From Candidatus Eiseniibacteriota bacterium (GTDB taxonomy: Bacteria; Eisenbacteria; RBG-16-71-46; CAIMUX01), in the NCBI GenBank assembly GCA_020633975.1, contig JACKCR010000006.1, positions 267,873 to 331,872 on the forward strand: a stretch of 64,000 nucleotides of DNA, written 5' to 3'. A program made the position numbers and the translations under genes. Of the stretch, positions 22,769-31,754 are shown one piece after another. Each line of letters opens with the position of its first letter. Position 1 is the first letter of the stretch. The notes under the pieces were generated by a model. That model was not told the DNA's origin. It ran no database searches and worked only from the letters and a program-made list of their open reading frames with translations.

Positions 22769-22912
22769 GACCGATCCCTCCTCGAGAGTTGAGGACGAGC
22801 ACGCAGTCGGTAGCATCTTCCAACCTAGCACCGCGGTTCGTGTCTGCCTACGACGAGGAGATGCTCAGGTTACGCTCTTCTCGAATGTCCAGCTTCCGCG
22901 AAACTACTCGTT

Positions 22913-23944
22913 GTGGCAGGGGCCCACCTTCGCGAAGATCGACGGCCGGACAAGGGGGAATCCGTGTTGAGCCTCAATCGCACGTATGTGAAGGCGGCAG
23001 CCAAGGCGAGCCTCACTGGGCTCGGGGCGACCCAATGGCTCCGTCCGCGGGTTCGATGGGCGTTCCTGTTCGGGTGGGCCGTCTGGGGCCTCCTGATCGG
23101 CTTGTTCGGCGGGGCGATCGGTCTCGAGCCGAAGACCGCCCTCTTCATGGTGGCGAACCTCCTCGTTCTGTTCGTGCTCTACGACTTCGTCGTCAGCTAT
23201 CTGCTCCTCGAGCGACGGGACCGCGAAGGAGAGCTGGCCGTTGCGTCTCGCATCCAGGAAGGACTCTTCCCGACGTCGGTGCCGAGGGGCGAGAGGTATG
23301 CGTGTGCCGGGCTCACTCGCCCCGCGCGTGTGATCGGAGGCGACTACTGGGACGTCACCCTCGACGGAAGCGGTCGTCCCCTCCTCCTCGTGATCGACGT
23401 TGCGGGGAAGGGAGTGCCCGCCGCGCTCCTCATGGCCGGGCTCCGCTCGCAGTTCCACCTTCTCGCGCGGCAAAGGCTGGAGCCGGCGCAGATCGTCGGT
23501 GAACTCAACCGCGTGCTCGTGGCCGACAGCGGCCCTGGTGACTTCGCGACTTTGCTCCTCGTCTCCGTCGATACGGACGCCCGGAGCCTCGTCGCGGTCA
23601 ATGCGGGCCATCCTGCCGGACTTCTCGTCCGCCCGGACGGTTCCTATGAGGAACTCACGTCCTCGGGCCTCCCGGTAGGAATGCTCGACGGCGCGCCGTA
23701 CGAGGCTCGAGTCGTGCCCTGGAACGCCGGGGATCGACTCGTCCTCTACAGCGATGGCCTGCAGGATGTCGCGATGGACCAGGAGAGCGACGGGCTGTCG
23801 ACCGATGCGATCGCGCGATGCGTACACGACGCACGGAGTTCCGATCCGTCGCTGGTTCTCGAGGAGTTGATGAGTCTCGCGACGGACAACGCGCGTGACA
23901 TGGTCGAGGATGACGTGACCGTGCTGGTGTGTGCGTTCAAGTGA
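22913..23944 (+). CDS. PP2C-family Ser/Thr phosphatase (SpoIIE-like) with N-terminal membrane segments
   Basis: TM helices (WAFLFGWAVWGLLIGLFGGAIG; LFMVANLLVLFVLYDFVVSYLLL). PP2C motifs GDYWDV, DVAGKGVPAALLMAG, LVLYSDGL. Start is GTG 22913 (alternative 22966). Confidence 0.7.
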   Translation: MAGAHLREDRRPDKGESVLSLNRTYVKAAAKASLTGLGATQWLRPRVRWAFLFGWAVWGLLIGLFGGAIGLEPKTALFMVANLLVLFVLYDFVVSYLLLERRDREGELAVASRIQEGLFPTSVPRGERYACAGLTRPARVIGGDYWDVTLDGSGRPLLLVIDVAGKGVPAALLMAGLRSQFHLLARQRLEPAQIVGELNRVLVADSGPGDFATLLLVSVDTDARSLVAVNAGHPAGLLVRPDGSYEELTSSGLPVGMLDGAPYEARVVPWNAGDRLVLYSDGLQDVAMDQESDGLSTDAIARCVHDARSSDPSLVLEELMSLATDNARDMVEDDVTVLVCAFK

Positions 23945-24034
23945 CCTAGGCTCGACTGGCCACAGTAGCGCTCTCGCGACCGTGGCCGGACGATGCGGGC
24001 GTCCCCCAGGCGCGCTCCAGCGCGCTCCAAGAGT

Positions 24035-24058
24035 CCGCGACGGATCGGTCCGTCGCGG
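24035..24058. terminator. Candidate bidirectional terminator hairpin (CCGCGACGG-ATCGGT-CCGTCGCGG) between the convergent PP2C and VOC genes
   Basis: Perfect 9-bp stem followed by CTCTCCCGTTTCT on the + strand; located between stops at 23944 (+) and 24078 (-). Confidence 0.45.
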
Positions 24059-24077
24059 CTCTCCCGTTTCTACTCGA

Positions 24078-24518
24078 TCACTTCTTCTCGGAGCAGTTGA
24101 ACATCCAGTGGACACCGAACTTGTCGGTCAAGGAACCGAAGTAGTCGCCCCAGAACATGTCCGCGAGCGGCATGGTGACCGTTCCGCCCTCGCTGAGAGC
24201 CGAGAAGAGCTGGTCGGTCTCCTTGCGGGTGTCCGGCAGGAGGCTGATGTGGACGTTGTTGCCGAAGGTGGCCACGCGTCCGCCGCAGCTCTCACTGGTG
24301 TCGGTTCCCATCAGCATGTGGCCGCCCAGGATCGGGAGCGCCACGTGCATGACCATGTTCTTGTCGGCCTCGGCCACCGGGGGCATGCCTTCCGTCGGGG
24401 GAATGTCCGACATGCGCATTACGGGGCCGGCGAAGTCCGTCCCGAAGACCGACTTGTAGAATTCGAATGCCTCGGCGGTGTTGCCGTTGAAGTTCAAGTA
24501 CGTGCTGACGCTCGACAC
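24078..24518 (-). CDS. VOC/glyoxalase-fold protein (PhnB-like)
   Basis: TYLNFNGNTAEAFEFYKSVFG and MHVALPILGGHMLMGTD motifs. Probable start is GTG 24518 with GGAGGA 4 nt upstream; the track ORF extends to 24566. Confidence 0.65.
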   Translation of the reverse strand: MSSVSTYLNFNGNTAEAFEFYKSVFGTDFAGPVMRMSDIPPTEGMPPVAEADKNMVMHVALPILGGHMLMGTDTSESCGGRVATFGNNVHISLLPDTRKETDQLFSALSEGGTVTMPLADMFWGDYFGSLTDKFGVHWMFNCSEKK

Positions 24519-24765
24519 AGGTCCTCCTGAGTAGCTGATGGTGGAATGTGGGCCGGGGCCCACCAACTACCCGTTGGACTGTCGCGGCGCAAGGAACTCA
24601 TCGGTGTCCGGCGGACTTGTTCCTGGGCCACTCCGGTAGATTCCTCCGGACGCTCAGGTGATTCAACGGCCCCTAGTGGTGGTACTATCACAGACCCATC
24701 TGGGGCCATCGAGTTCTGGACGAAGAGGGTGCTGCAAGTGAATCGCTCCCAGATGGCAAGTCCCG

Positions 24766-24780
24766 CCCCCCCCCCCCCCC
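24766..24780. repeat. Homopolymeric C15 tract inside the 5' end of a membrane glycosyltransferase gene (candidate slipped-strand phase-variation switch)
   Basis: Exactly 15 consecutive C (24766-24780) after TCCCG. ATG 24753 lies 13 nt upstream and, with C15, is in frame 0 rather than the frame of the downstream membrane protein. Confidence 0.9.
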
Positions 24781-24798
24781 GGATGGGCGATTCTTCTC

Positions 24799-25884
24799 GT
24801 GGTGGCGCTCTCGACATGTGGGTTGTTTCACGGGTTCTACCAAGACGACTTCCGATGGCTCGAGGCAGCAGAGGTATGGAAACAGCACCCTGCCATGCTC
24901 TTCGACGCAAGTCTCCCTGGCTTCAGGAGACCGCTCGGTCAGCTTGTGTTCTTCGTTCAGTACTTGGTCTTCGGGCTGACGCCCTGGCCATACAACATGG
25001 TGAGCGCCGTCGTTCATCTTGTAGTGGCAGATCAAGTCAGGCGACTCGGACGTTCCTGGGCGGCCGGAATTGCCTTCGGCCTCGGGTCGGGCCACTACTC
25101 CAAGCCCGTTGCCTGGGCCTGCAGTCAGCCGATTCTGTGGGGGACGCTCCTGGCCCTACTCAGTTGGCGCAAGATCGCTGGCAAGCAAGCACTGCTTTGG
25201 GCCGGTCTGGCGGCCGCAGTCCCGTGGATCCACGACTTGTTCGGGTTGTTCGGGTTCGCTTTCCTGTTCCGAACCGGAGTGCCCGGGAGGGCGCGAGTGA
25301 TTCCAGCGGTGAGCTCGATTGCTTTCCTCGTGACCACGATGTCCGCGCGTAGTGAGTTGGACGGACAAGCAGGCGTCGGCCTTCACAGTGTCCTGACTCC
25401 GCTTCAAGGCTTGGGGGCGCTGCTGTTTCCGATCACCAGTGTAGGGCAGCTCCGTTCCGTCGGTCTGCCTGGCTCGCTGATTGTTGCCGGGATAGTCGTC
25501 TCCGTTGCGATCGTCGTCGCCTTGATCATCAGATCCGCAATGTCGAGTGTCCGCTCCAGAGATCAACTTCTCGTGGCCGCCTTGGTGCTTGCGCCTACCG
25601 CCGCGGCGAGCTTCTCGGCCGGATGGGTCGAGCCCAGATACTTGTATCCGATGGCTGCCTTTGCGCTGCCTGGGATCGCGCTAGCGGTGCCGCACGTCGC
25701 TGAGTGGCAGCGCTTGTTTGGAGCCGCTCCCGCCCGTCGTGCTGTCGCACTCGTCCTGATCTGCTCATGGGTCATCGGGTCACTCTACATGTACGGTCAA
25801 GCAAGAGAGTTCTCACGCACCACGCAACGGTGGCAGCCACTATTGGAACGAATTCAGGAACTCAGAGAGCCCGAGAAGCCTTGA
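24799..25884 (+). CDS. Polytopic membrane protein, putative GT-C-type glycosyltransferase (ArnT/PMT-like first-loop motif YQDDFRWLEAAE); as assembled it can only start at GTG 24799
   Basis: About 10 TM helices. With one fewer C in the tract, ATG 24753 reads MASPAPPPPGWAILLVVALSTCGLFHGFYQDDF..., which supplies the TM1 that should precede the DD motif. Confidence 0.6.
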   Translation: MVALSTCGLFHGFYQDDFRWLEAAEVWKQHPAMLFDASLPGFRRPLGQLVFFVQYLVFGLTPWPYNMVSAVVHLVVADQVRRLGRSWAAGIAFGLGSGHYSKPVAWACSQPILWGTLLALLSWRKIAGKQALLWAGLAAAVPWIHDLFGLFGFAFLFRTGVPGRARVIPAVSSIAFLVTTMSARSELDGQAGVGLHSVLTPLQGLGALLFPITSVGQLRSVGLPGSLIVAGIVVSVAIVVALIIRSAMSSVRSRDQLLVAALVLAPTAAASFSAGWVEPRYLYPMAAFALPGIALAVPHVAEWQRLFGAAPARRAVALVLICSWVIGSLYMYGQAREFSRTTQRWQPLLERIQELREPEKP

Positions 25885-26083
25885 TCGACGAGGTCTCCTG
25901 GACGCTTCCGCCTTACAATCCAGTGCAGCCGTTACAAGGTTCGAGCGGACTCCGCGTGGCCCCACGAAGCGCCGCTCGACACCATTGGACCTCGGTCCAA
26001 TTCCTGACGGAAACTCCAAGTATCATCTTTCCAGTGGCTTACCAGGCCCGCGTTCGCCCTCGTGATGCCGTCCCGCTGCCTCG

Positions 26084-26099
26084 TGGCACGCGCCTTGCG
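26084..26099 (+). promoter_or_regulatory. Sigma-54 (RpoN) -24/-12 promoter TGGCACG-CGCC-TTGCG
   Basis: Exact consensus TGGCACG-N4-TTGC with GG and GC 12 nt apart; about 50 nt upstream of ATG 26150 (RBS GGAGG 26141-26145). Confidence 0.65.
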
Positions 26100-26149
26100 T
26101 TTCCTCCTTTCGGAACTGAATCGCTCATCACCGCTTTCCAGGAGGAAAC

Positions 26150-26554
26150 ATGTCTCGCACTCGACGTCTCTCTGTCCCTGTGGCCCTCTCGTACTTGACC
26201 TTCGCGTCTGCCATCGCTACCGCGGCTCCGGCCGACATGCCAAACCCGACGCACGTCGTCAATGCAGCGAGCGTTCAGAACGCGATCAACGCCCAGGTCG
26301 CCGCCGAGGACGCGCAGCGGGAGCGGCTCCAGAAGATCCTCGCGGCTCCGCAGGTGGAACGGGTGGCCGAGCGCGCCGGGATCGACATGGAGACCGCGCG
26401 GGAACGTGTCGCGACGCTCTCCGGTGAAGAGCTTCAGCAGGTGACCCACCAGTCGGCGGGGCTCGATGCCGAACTCGCGGGTGGCGACACCATCGTCATC
26501 TCCGCCACCGCCGTCATCATCGTTCTTCTCCTCCTCATCCTTCTGACGGACTGA
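26150..26554 (+). CDS. Small exported protein (134 aa): Sec signal peptide, helical domain, then AELAGG followed by a C-terminal 20-aa hydrophobic anchor (DTIVISATAVIIVLLLLILLTD)
   Basis: ATG 26150 with GGAGG RBS. Signal peptide MSRTRRLSVPVALSYLTFASAIATA. Gly-Gly immediately precedes the C-terminal TM; no basic tail. Confidence 0.6.
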   Translation: MSRTRRLSVPVALSYLTFASAIATAAPADMPNPTHVVNAASVQNAINAQVAAEDAQRERLQKILAAPQVERVAERAGIDMETARERVATLSGEELQQVTHQSAGLDAELAGGDTIVISATAVIIVLLLLILLTD

Positions 26555-26559
26555 TCGGA

Positions 26560-28701
26560 GTGAGGACTCTGACGCCGGTCACCTGGCTCCGCTGCCTGCT
26601 GGTCCTGGCGTTCATCACGACTGCAGTCAGTAGCGCGTCGGCTGAAGACCGCGAGGCGAACATCTCGTCTCGCGGTTTCGTCGTTCCCTACGTCGCGCAG
26701 AGCGCGAGGCTGTGCGGAGGCGCGTGCCTTGCGATGGTGATGCGGTATTGGGGAGAGACTGGCGTCACTGCCGAAACCTTCGATGCCGCATTGGACGCGG
26801 GGGAGAAGGGGATGACGGCGAGGTCTCTCACGTTGGCAGCCCGGGCGCAGGGTTTCGACGCGTGGCCGTGGTACGCGACTTCGGACCAGATCCAGCACCA
26901 CCTCTCGCTCGGTCGCCCCGTGATCCTTCTCATCGATGCGGGCGCGTCCACGCTCCACTACGTCGTCGTGACGAGCTGGAACTCGAGTGCTGTGACCTTT
27001 CACGATCCCGCCGTCGGGCCCGCGCGGGCACGCCCGACCCAAGACTTCGTAGACGCGTGGGAGGCGAGCCAGTGTTGGGCCGTTCTCCTCCTGCCGTCGG
27101 GCTCGCCGGATGAGCCGTCATCGTGTGAGTTCTCCACCGACATCCCGCCTTCGGAGCAACTCTCCACCGATGAACGCTCTACTCGCGGACTCTCCACCGA
27201 CGAACTCTCCACCCAGGCGCATTCATCGGACGACTCCTCCATCGATGCGTCGTGTGCCGACCTCGTACGCCGTGCCGTCAGCCTAGCCGGTGCAGGGCAG
27301 CGCGACGAGGCGCGCGAACTTCTCGAGCTGGCTCACGGACGATGCCCGGACGAAGTGGCTCCTCTAAGGGAACTGGCGGGCCTTGCATTCCTCGAGAACG
27401 ATTGGACGGAAGCAGCGACCTTCGCTCGAGACGCGCTCCATCGCGATCCGGGCGACAGTCTCTGCCTCCGGCTCCTCGGCGGAAGTCGGTATCTCGCTCG
27501 CGACGTGGACGGGGCGCTCGCGGCATGGAACCGACTCGGGGAGCCGCGATTGGACCTCGTGCAGGTCGAAGGAAGTCACGATGTCCGATACCGACCGATT
27601 GCGGATCGGGTCGGACTGGATCATGGACACGTCATGTCGAGTCGCTCCTTCCAGCTTGCTCGTCGTCGCGTAGGAGAGATCCCCGCGCTCGGCCGTTCCC
27701 GTGTCTCACTCCGTCCGTTCGACGGCGGTATGGCGCAGGTCGACGTGGTCGTGGCGGAGAAACCGGTGATTCCTCTGCGCACCGTGGACCTCCTTCGTGT
27801 GGGGACGAGGGCCGCGCTTCGCCACGAAGTGGCCGTGCCGATCGCGAGTCCGACAGGGAACGGCGAACTCTGGACCGCACGTGGCCGGTGGACCGAGGAG
27901 CGACCGCTCGTAGAGCTGACACTTGTGATGCCGTCGCCTCGTTGGACCGGCGTGTGGCGGGTCGAAGGGTTGTGGGAACGCCAAGCCTACGCGTCAGACG
28001 ATCTCCTCGGAGGCTCGGATGCCATCATTCGGGAAACGCGGCGCCGCACCGCACTCTCCTACTCCGACTGGATCTCGCCGAACCTACGCGCGTCGCTCGG
28101 TGCGGCGGTCGAACGATGGGATGGCGGAGAACGTCGCGTCGGAGTCGAGCCAGAGTTCTTGGTTCGCGCCGCCCAGGACCGTCTCGCCGTCACCGCGGGT
28201 GGGGCGCTCTACCTACCACGCACAGGTGGCGACGATGGTGCCGTGCGAGTCGGGAGACTCCTCGTCGAATGGCGAAGCGGGGCCCGCGGAACGTGGTCGT
28301 CTCGCGCTGGGATCGAAGCAGTGTCGGCAAACGCTCCACACGCACTCTGGCCGGGCGCAGGAGTGGGACGATCGAGAGCAGGGCTCCTCCGTGCGCACCC
28401 GCTCCTCCGTGACGACGTCGTCACTGGCCCGGTGTTCGGCACGACGGTATGGAACTCCGGGGTCGAGCGACGCGTGGCTGGTTGGAACGGCGGTCTCCTC
28501 TCGACGGAAGTCGCGCTGTTTCTCGATGCGGCCGGCGCTGTGGGCGAAGAGACCGCCGACGATGCGCGTTGGCAGACCGATGCCGGAGTCGAACTGCGAG
28601 TTGGTGACCTCGGTGGGTCAGAGCCGGTGCGCCTGGACCTCGCACGTGGACTGAGGGACGGGCGCTGGGCCGTGTCGCTGTCGTGGGTGGCCGCCGACTA
28701 G
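26560..28701 (+). CDS. Secreted fusion protein: peptidase C39-like domain + TPR repeats + POTRA-like + putative Omp85/TpsB-like beta-barrel (713 aa)
   Basis: GTG 26560, 5 nt after the upstream stop. Signal peptide MRTLTPVTWLRCLLVLAFITTAVSSASA. C39-like core FVVPYVAQSARLCGGACLAMVMRYWGE...HYVVVTSW. TPR-like helices. POTRA-like VQVEGSHDVRYRPIADRVGLDHG...VDVVVAEKP. About 300-aa C-terminal region of alternating beta-strand character ending VRLDLARGLRDGRWAVSLSWVAAD. Confidence 0.6.
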   Translation: MRTLTPVTWLRCLLVLAFITTAVSSASAEDREANISSRGFVVPYVAQSARLCGGACLAMVMRYWGETGVTAETFDAALDAGEKGMTARSLTLAARAQGFDAWPWYATSDQIQHHLSLGRPVILLIDAGASTLHYVVVTSWNSSAVTFHDPAVGPARARPTQDFVDAWEASQCWAVLLLPSGSPDEPSSCEFSTDIPPSEQLSTDERSTRGLSTDELSTQAHSSDDSSIDASCADLVRRAVSLAGAGQRDEARELLELAHGRCPDEVAPLRELAGLAFLENDWTEAATFARDALHRDPGDSLCLRLLGGSRYLARDVDGALAAWNRLGEPRLDLVQVEGSHDVRYRPIADRVGLDHGHVMSSRSFQLARRRVGEIPALGRSRVSLRPFDGGMAQVDVVVAEKPVIPLRTVDLLRVGTRAALRHEVAVPIASPTGNGELWTARGRWTEERPLVELTLVMPSPRWTGVWRVEGLWERQAYASDDLLGGSDAIIRETRRRTALSYSDWISPNLRASLGAAVERWDGGERRVGVEPEFLVRAAQDRLAVTAGGALYLPRTGGDDGAVRVGRLLVEWRSGARGTWSSRAGIEAVSANAPHALWPGAGVGRSRAGLLRAHPLLRDDVVTGPVFGTTVWNSGVERRVAGWNGGLLSTEVALFLDAAGAVGEETADDARWQTDAGVELRVGDLGGSEPVRLDLARGLRDGRWAVSLSWVAAD

Positions 28702-28794
28702 CCCGCCGATTCTAGGCCCCGATCCGGTTCTCGATCCCAGATCAGATAAGTGGTGGAAACGGGCATCGTCGGATGCCGCGCGTTCATCGTCCCG

Positions 28795-29424
28795 TCAGGG
28801 TGCCCAGGCCCAGCCAGTCTTGGACCGGACGAGTTCGGCCGGTATCCGGTCGTACTCACCCGGTCCGCGGTCCGTGGCGAGCACGCGGGTGAGGCTGAGT
28901 GTCGACGGGCCGGCCCAGCGCAGCGAGTCAGGGCCCCAGTCGAGGGGCTCTTCCCGGAAGACGACGCTGAGCGTGTCGGAATCGATGTCGTAGATGGTGA
29001 GCGAGTTCGGAGACATCATCGCTTCGAGATCGAGGGCACCGACGGCGAGATGACGCCCGTCAGGAGAGACGAGCGGCCTGGCGTCGACGTTCCACGACTG
29101 GCCCGTCTTCCGGTGGAGGAGCAGGTACTCGGAGCTCTCGACGTAGCTCACGTGAACGCCGTGGAAGGGCGTGCCGCGGAGGATCCCCTCGTACTCGTAG
29201 ACATGGTACGTCTCGCTGGTCTCGCGCGCGTCGCTCTCGAGCGTGACGATGCCGGCGTCCGTCGCGATGAAGAAGCTGCCCGCGCCCCCCGCAGGGAGTC
29301 CTCGCGTCTCGATCGGGGTGCGGGGTCTCGCTGCTTCCTGCTGGGGCCGTTGGTCGCCGCCGCACCCGAGTGCCAAGACGACGAGTCCGGTGGCGGCGAG
29401 TGCCGTCGACCACTGTCTCTGCAA
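28795..29424 (-). CDS. Lipoprotein of unknown function (209 aa)
   Basis: TTG 29424..29422 with AGGAG 7 nt upstream. Lipobox LVVLALGCGGD. The rest of track ORF 28795..29652 is upstream noise. Confidence 0.5.
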   Translation of the reverse strand: MQRQWSTALAATGLVVLALGCGGDQRPQQEAARPRTPIETRGLPAGGAGSFFIATDAGIVTLESDARETSETYHVYEYEGILRGTPFHGVHVSYVESSEYLLLHRKTGQSWNVDARPLVSPDGRHLAVGALDLEAMMSPNSLTIYDIDSDTLSVVFREEPLDWGPDSLRWAGPSTLSLTRVLATDRGPGEYDRIPAELVRSKTGWAWAP

Positions 29425-29687
29425 GGACGTGCTCCTTCCGGTCCAGGCGTCTTCCCGCCATTTCGTTCGGCCGCTTCCCACCGGATCCCAACGCGGCCCG
29501 ACGGTCGCCTCGCCATCCCCGCTCGGTTCCCCGACGCACCTGGCCGGCCCGGCTCGAACCGCGAAAGCACCGGCCGCTGGCCCGACCCCGCCTAGAGTAT
29601 CTGAACTCGATGGATTCTCCGAGAGGGGGTAGGCGCGGTAGTCTCCCGCCACTCGCGCTACCGATCCAAGGACCAGGAGTGCTGTCC

Positions 29688-30218
29688 ATGCAGTACGAGA
29701 CCGTGTTCGACCTCGCTGAGTACGGATACCGCGACGGCTATTGGTTCCTCATCGGTGGAATCGTTGTCGCACTCGCGATCGGAGGCATCCTCTGGCAGAA
29801 GCGTCGAGGCCGACGCTCCATTCTCGCCTGGTTCCTGCTCGTCATGGGGCTGGTCGCCGGGCTCGGCGGGGGAGGGGTCCCGCTCTGGGACCATCATCGT
29901 CTCGTCGAGCATCTCCGCGCGGGGCGGTGCCTCGTGGTGGAAGGCGAAGTGGGCAGCCACTCCGTAGAAAGAGTGAAGAGCAAGAACGTCCGCTCGGGTG
30001 GGTACAACACGTCGACTTGGGAAGCGTTCTACGTCGCCGACGTCGCGTTCGGCTTCTACCGGGGACGCACACCCGTGGGGTTCCTCAACGGAGGCAAGAC
30101 CCCGATCGACCTCCACGATGGGATGCGGATCCGTATCCACTACTTCGAGGACGTTCCGGGTCAGTTCGATCATCGGCGGATCGTCCGCCTGGAGATCGCA
30201 AGGGGCGGACAGGCGTGA
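29688..30218 (+). CDS. Small membrane protein (2 TM), unknown function
   Basis: ATG 29688 with AGGAG 8 nt upstream. TMs WFLIGGIVVALAIGGILW and ILAWFLLVMGLVAGLGGGG. Stop overlaps the next start (GTGA). Confidence 0.5.
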   Translation: MQYETVFDLAEYGYRDGYWFLIGGIVVALAIGGILWQKRRGRRSILAWFLLVMGLVAGLGGGGVPLWDHHRLVEHLRAGRCLVVEGEVGSHSVERVKSKNVRSGGYNTSTWEAFYVADVAFGFYRGRTPVGFLNGGKTPIDLHDGMRIRIHYFEDVPGQFDHRRIVRLEIARGGQA

Positions 30219-31042
30219 AGGGAGCGTTCCTCCTCGCGTTCCTGGCGTTTCTGCTGCTGCTCGGATGGGGCGTGGCACCGGGGGGCGCCGAGATTCCTTC
30301 CGAGTGGATCACGGCGATGGTAGAGGGCGATCTGGTCGCATTGGATTCGCTCCTAGTGGAGGCAAACGGGCAGTTCCCGGTGGATGTGCACGGGCAGACG
30401 CTTCTCCACCTCGCTTCCCGTTACGGGTCCGGCGACGGGAATACCGCTCTCCTTGCGCACCTCGTCGACTCCGGAATCCCGGTGTCTGTCCCGGACCTCC
30501 ATGGAATCACACCGCTCCATACGGCGGCCTCCAACGACTGCGTCCCGTGCGTGGCCCGTCTTCTCGAACTGGGAGCCAACGTCGACGCACGCAGACACGA
30601 TGGCCAAACGCCCCTGTTCCACGCGGGACCGGATGCCCAGCTGGCGCTGATTGCGGCGGGTGCGGAGGTCGCGGCCCGGGATCGGTCGGGTGCCATCCCA
30701 CTTCACGTGAACCGTCGCCCGACCGAACCCTTGCTGGAACCGGGCGTCAATGTGACGGATGCGGCCGGGATGACGGCTCTCCACCGTGCGGCGCTCGAAG
30801 GCGACGCCGATCGGATCGAGTGGCTGCTCGCACACGGGGCAGATCCGCGAATCCGAACCTCTGCCCCCTACGACTTCCGGGAAGGCGTCCTCGCACCGGA
30901 GTTCGATCCCGTCCTCCGGATCGACGCAGGCAAGACTGCGTATGACATCGCGAAGTGGCAACACAACCGGAACAAGTGGAGCACGGGGCGGTTCTCACGA
31001 GCCAAGGACCTGCTCGAGGAGAGCCGGCGCAAGCGTAGGTAG
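30215..31042 (+). CDS. Secreted ankyrin-repeat protein
   Basis: GTG 30215 overlapping the upstream stop. Signal peptide VKGAFLLAFLAFLLLLGWGVAPGGA. At least 4 ANK repeats (GQTLLHLASRYG, GITPLHTAASND, GQTPLFHAG, GMTALHRAALEGDADRIEWLLAHGADP). Confidence 0.7.
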   Translation: MKGAFLLAFLAFLLLLGWGVAPGGAEIPSEWITAMVEGDLVALDSLLVEANGQFPVDVHGQTLLHLASRYGSGDGNTALLAHLVDSGIPVSVPDLHGITPLHTAASNDCVPCVARLLELGANVDARRHDGQTPLFHAGPDAQLALIAAGAEVAARDRSGAIPLHVNRRPTEPLLEPGVNVTDAAGMTALHRAALEGDADRIEWLLAHGADPRIRTSAPYDFREGVLAPEFDPVLRIDAGKTAYDIAKWQHNRNKWSTGRFSRAKDLLEESRRKRR

Positions 31043-31271
31043 GTCGTCCTCGTCCGAAGGAGAACGGCCGAGCCCCCAACCCCAATCGCTACCGCGGCGG
31101 CCAAGCTCGTGTACGCATTTTCCGAAGACTGGCCTTCCTCAGCGGCCGCTTCGTTGCCCCTCGGTCGGGAGCGGAGTATCTTCTCCCGGATCCAATCGCT
31201 TGGCCTTTCGAGGATTCTCACGCCTCGGAGCCGGGCGCACTCCCGAACCGGTCGTCTCGAGGGTTCAGGAC

Positions 31272-31754
31272 ATGCCGAAACCAGAGTGCACGGTTCCCGA
31301 TCCCGAACGTCGTCGCTTCCTCAGGATCTCCGCTCTCCTCGGCGGAACGGTGCTGCTTCCTACGTTCGGTTGCGGCACGAAGGAAGACGCGAGGCCGGGA
31401 GTCGACATCGACGTCTCGAATCTCGCGCTCGGCGAGAGGATGGTCGTCGAGCACGAGACGCTCCCGATCGAGATCGTGCGAACCTCCTCTGGATATGTTG
31501 CGCGGTCGCTACTCTGCACTCATCAAGGCTGCGTGGTCGAGTGGCAGGCCGACGAGTCGCACTATCTCTGCCCCTGCCATGAGGCCCGCTTCGATGCGGA
31601 AGGGCGGCCCGTGTTCGGCCCCGCCCAGCGACCGCTCCACGAATACGAAACCGAGGAGCGTGGCGCCGCCCTGCGCGTGTTCACGGACGACCCGGCTACC
31701 GACGCCAACGCCTCGAACGGACACTCTCCTGGTGAAGGCACGAGCCGCGGATGA
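31272..31754 (+). CDS. Tat-exported Rieske [2Fe-2S] domain protein
   Basis: ATG 31272. Twin-arginine RRRFLRISALLGG. Rieske boxes CTHQGC and CPCH. Confidence 0.75.
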   Translation: MPKPECTVPDPERRRFLRISALLGGTVLLPTFGCGTKEDARPGVDIDVSNLALGERMVVEHETLPIEIVRTSSGYVARSLLCTHQGCVVEWQADESHYLCPCHEARFDAEGRPVFGPAQRPLHEYETEERGAALRVFTDDPATDANASNGHSPGEGTSRG

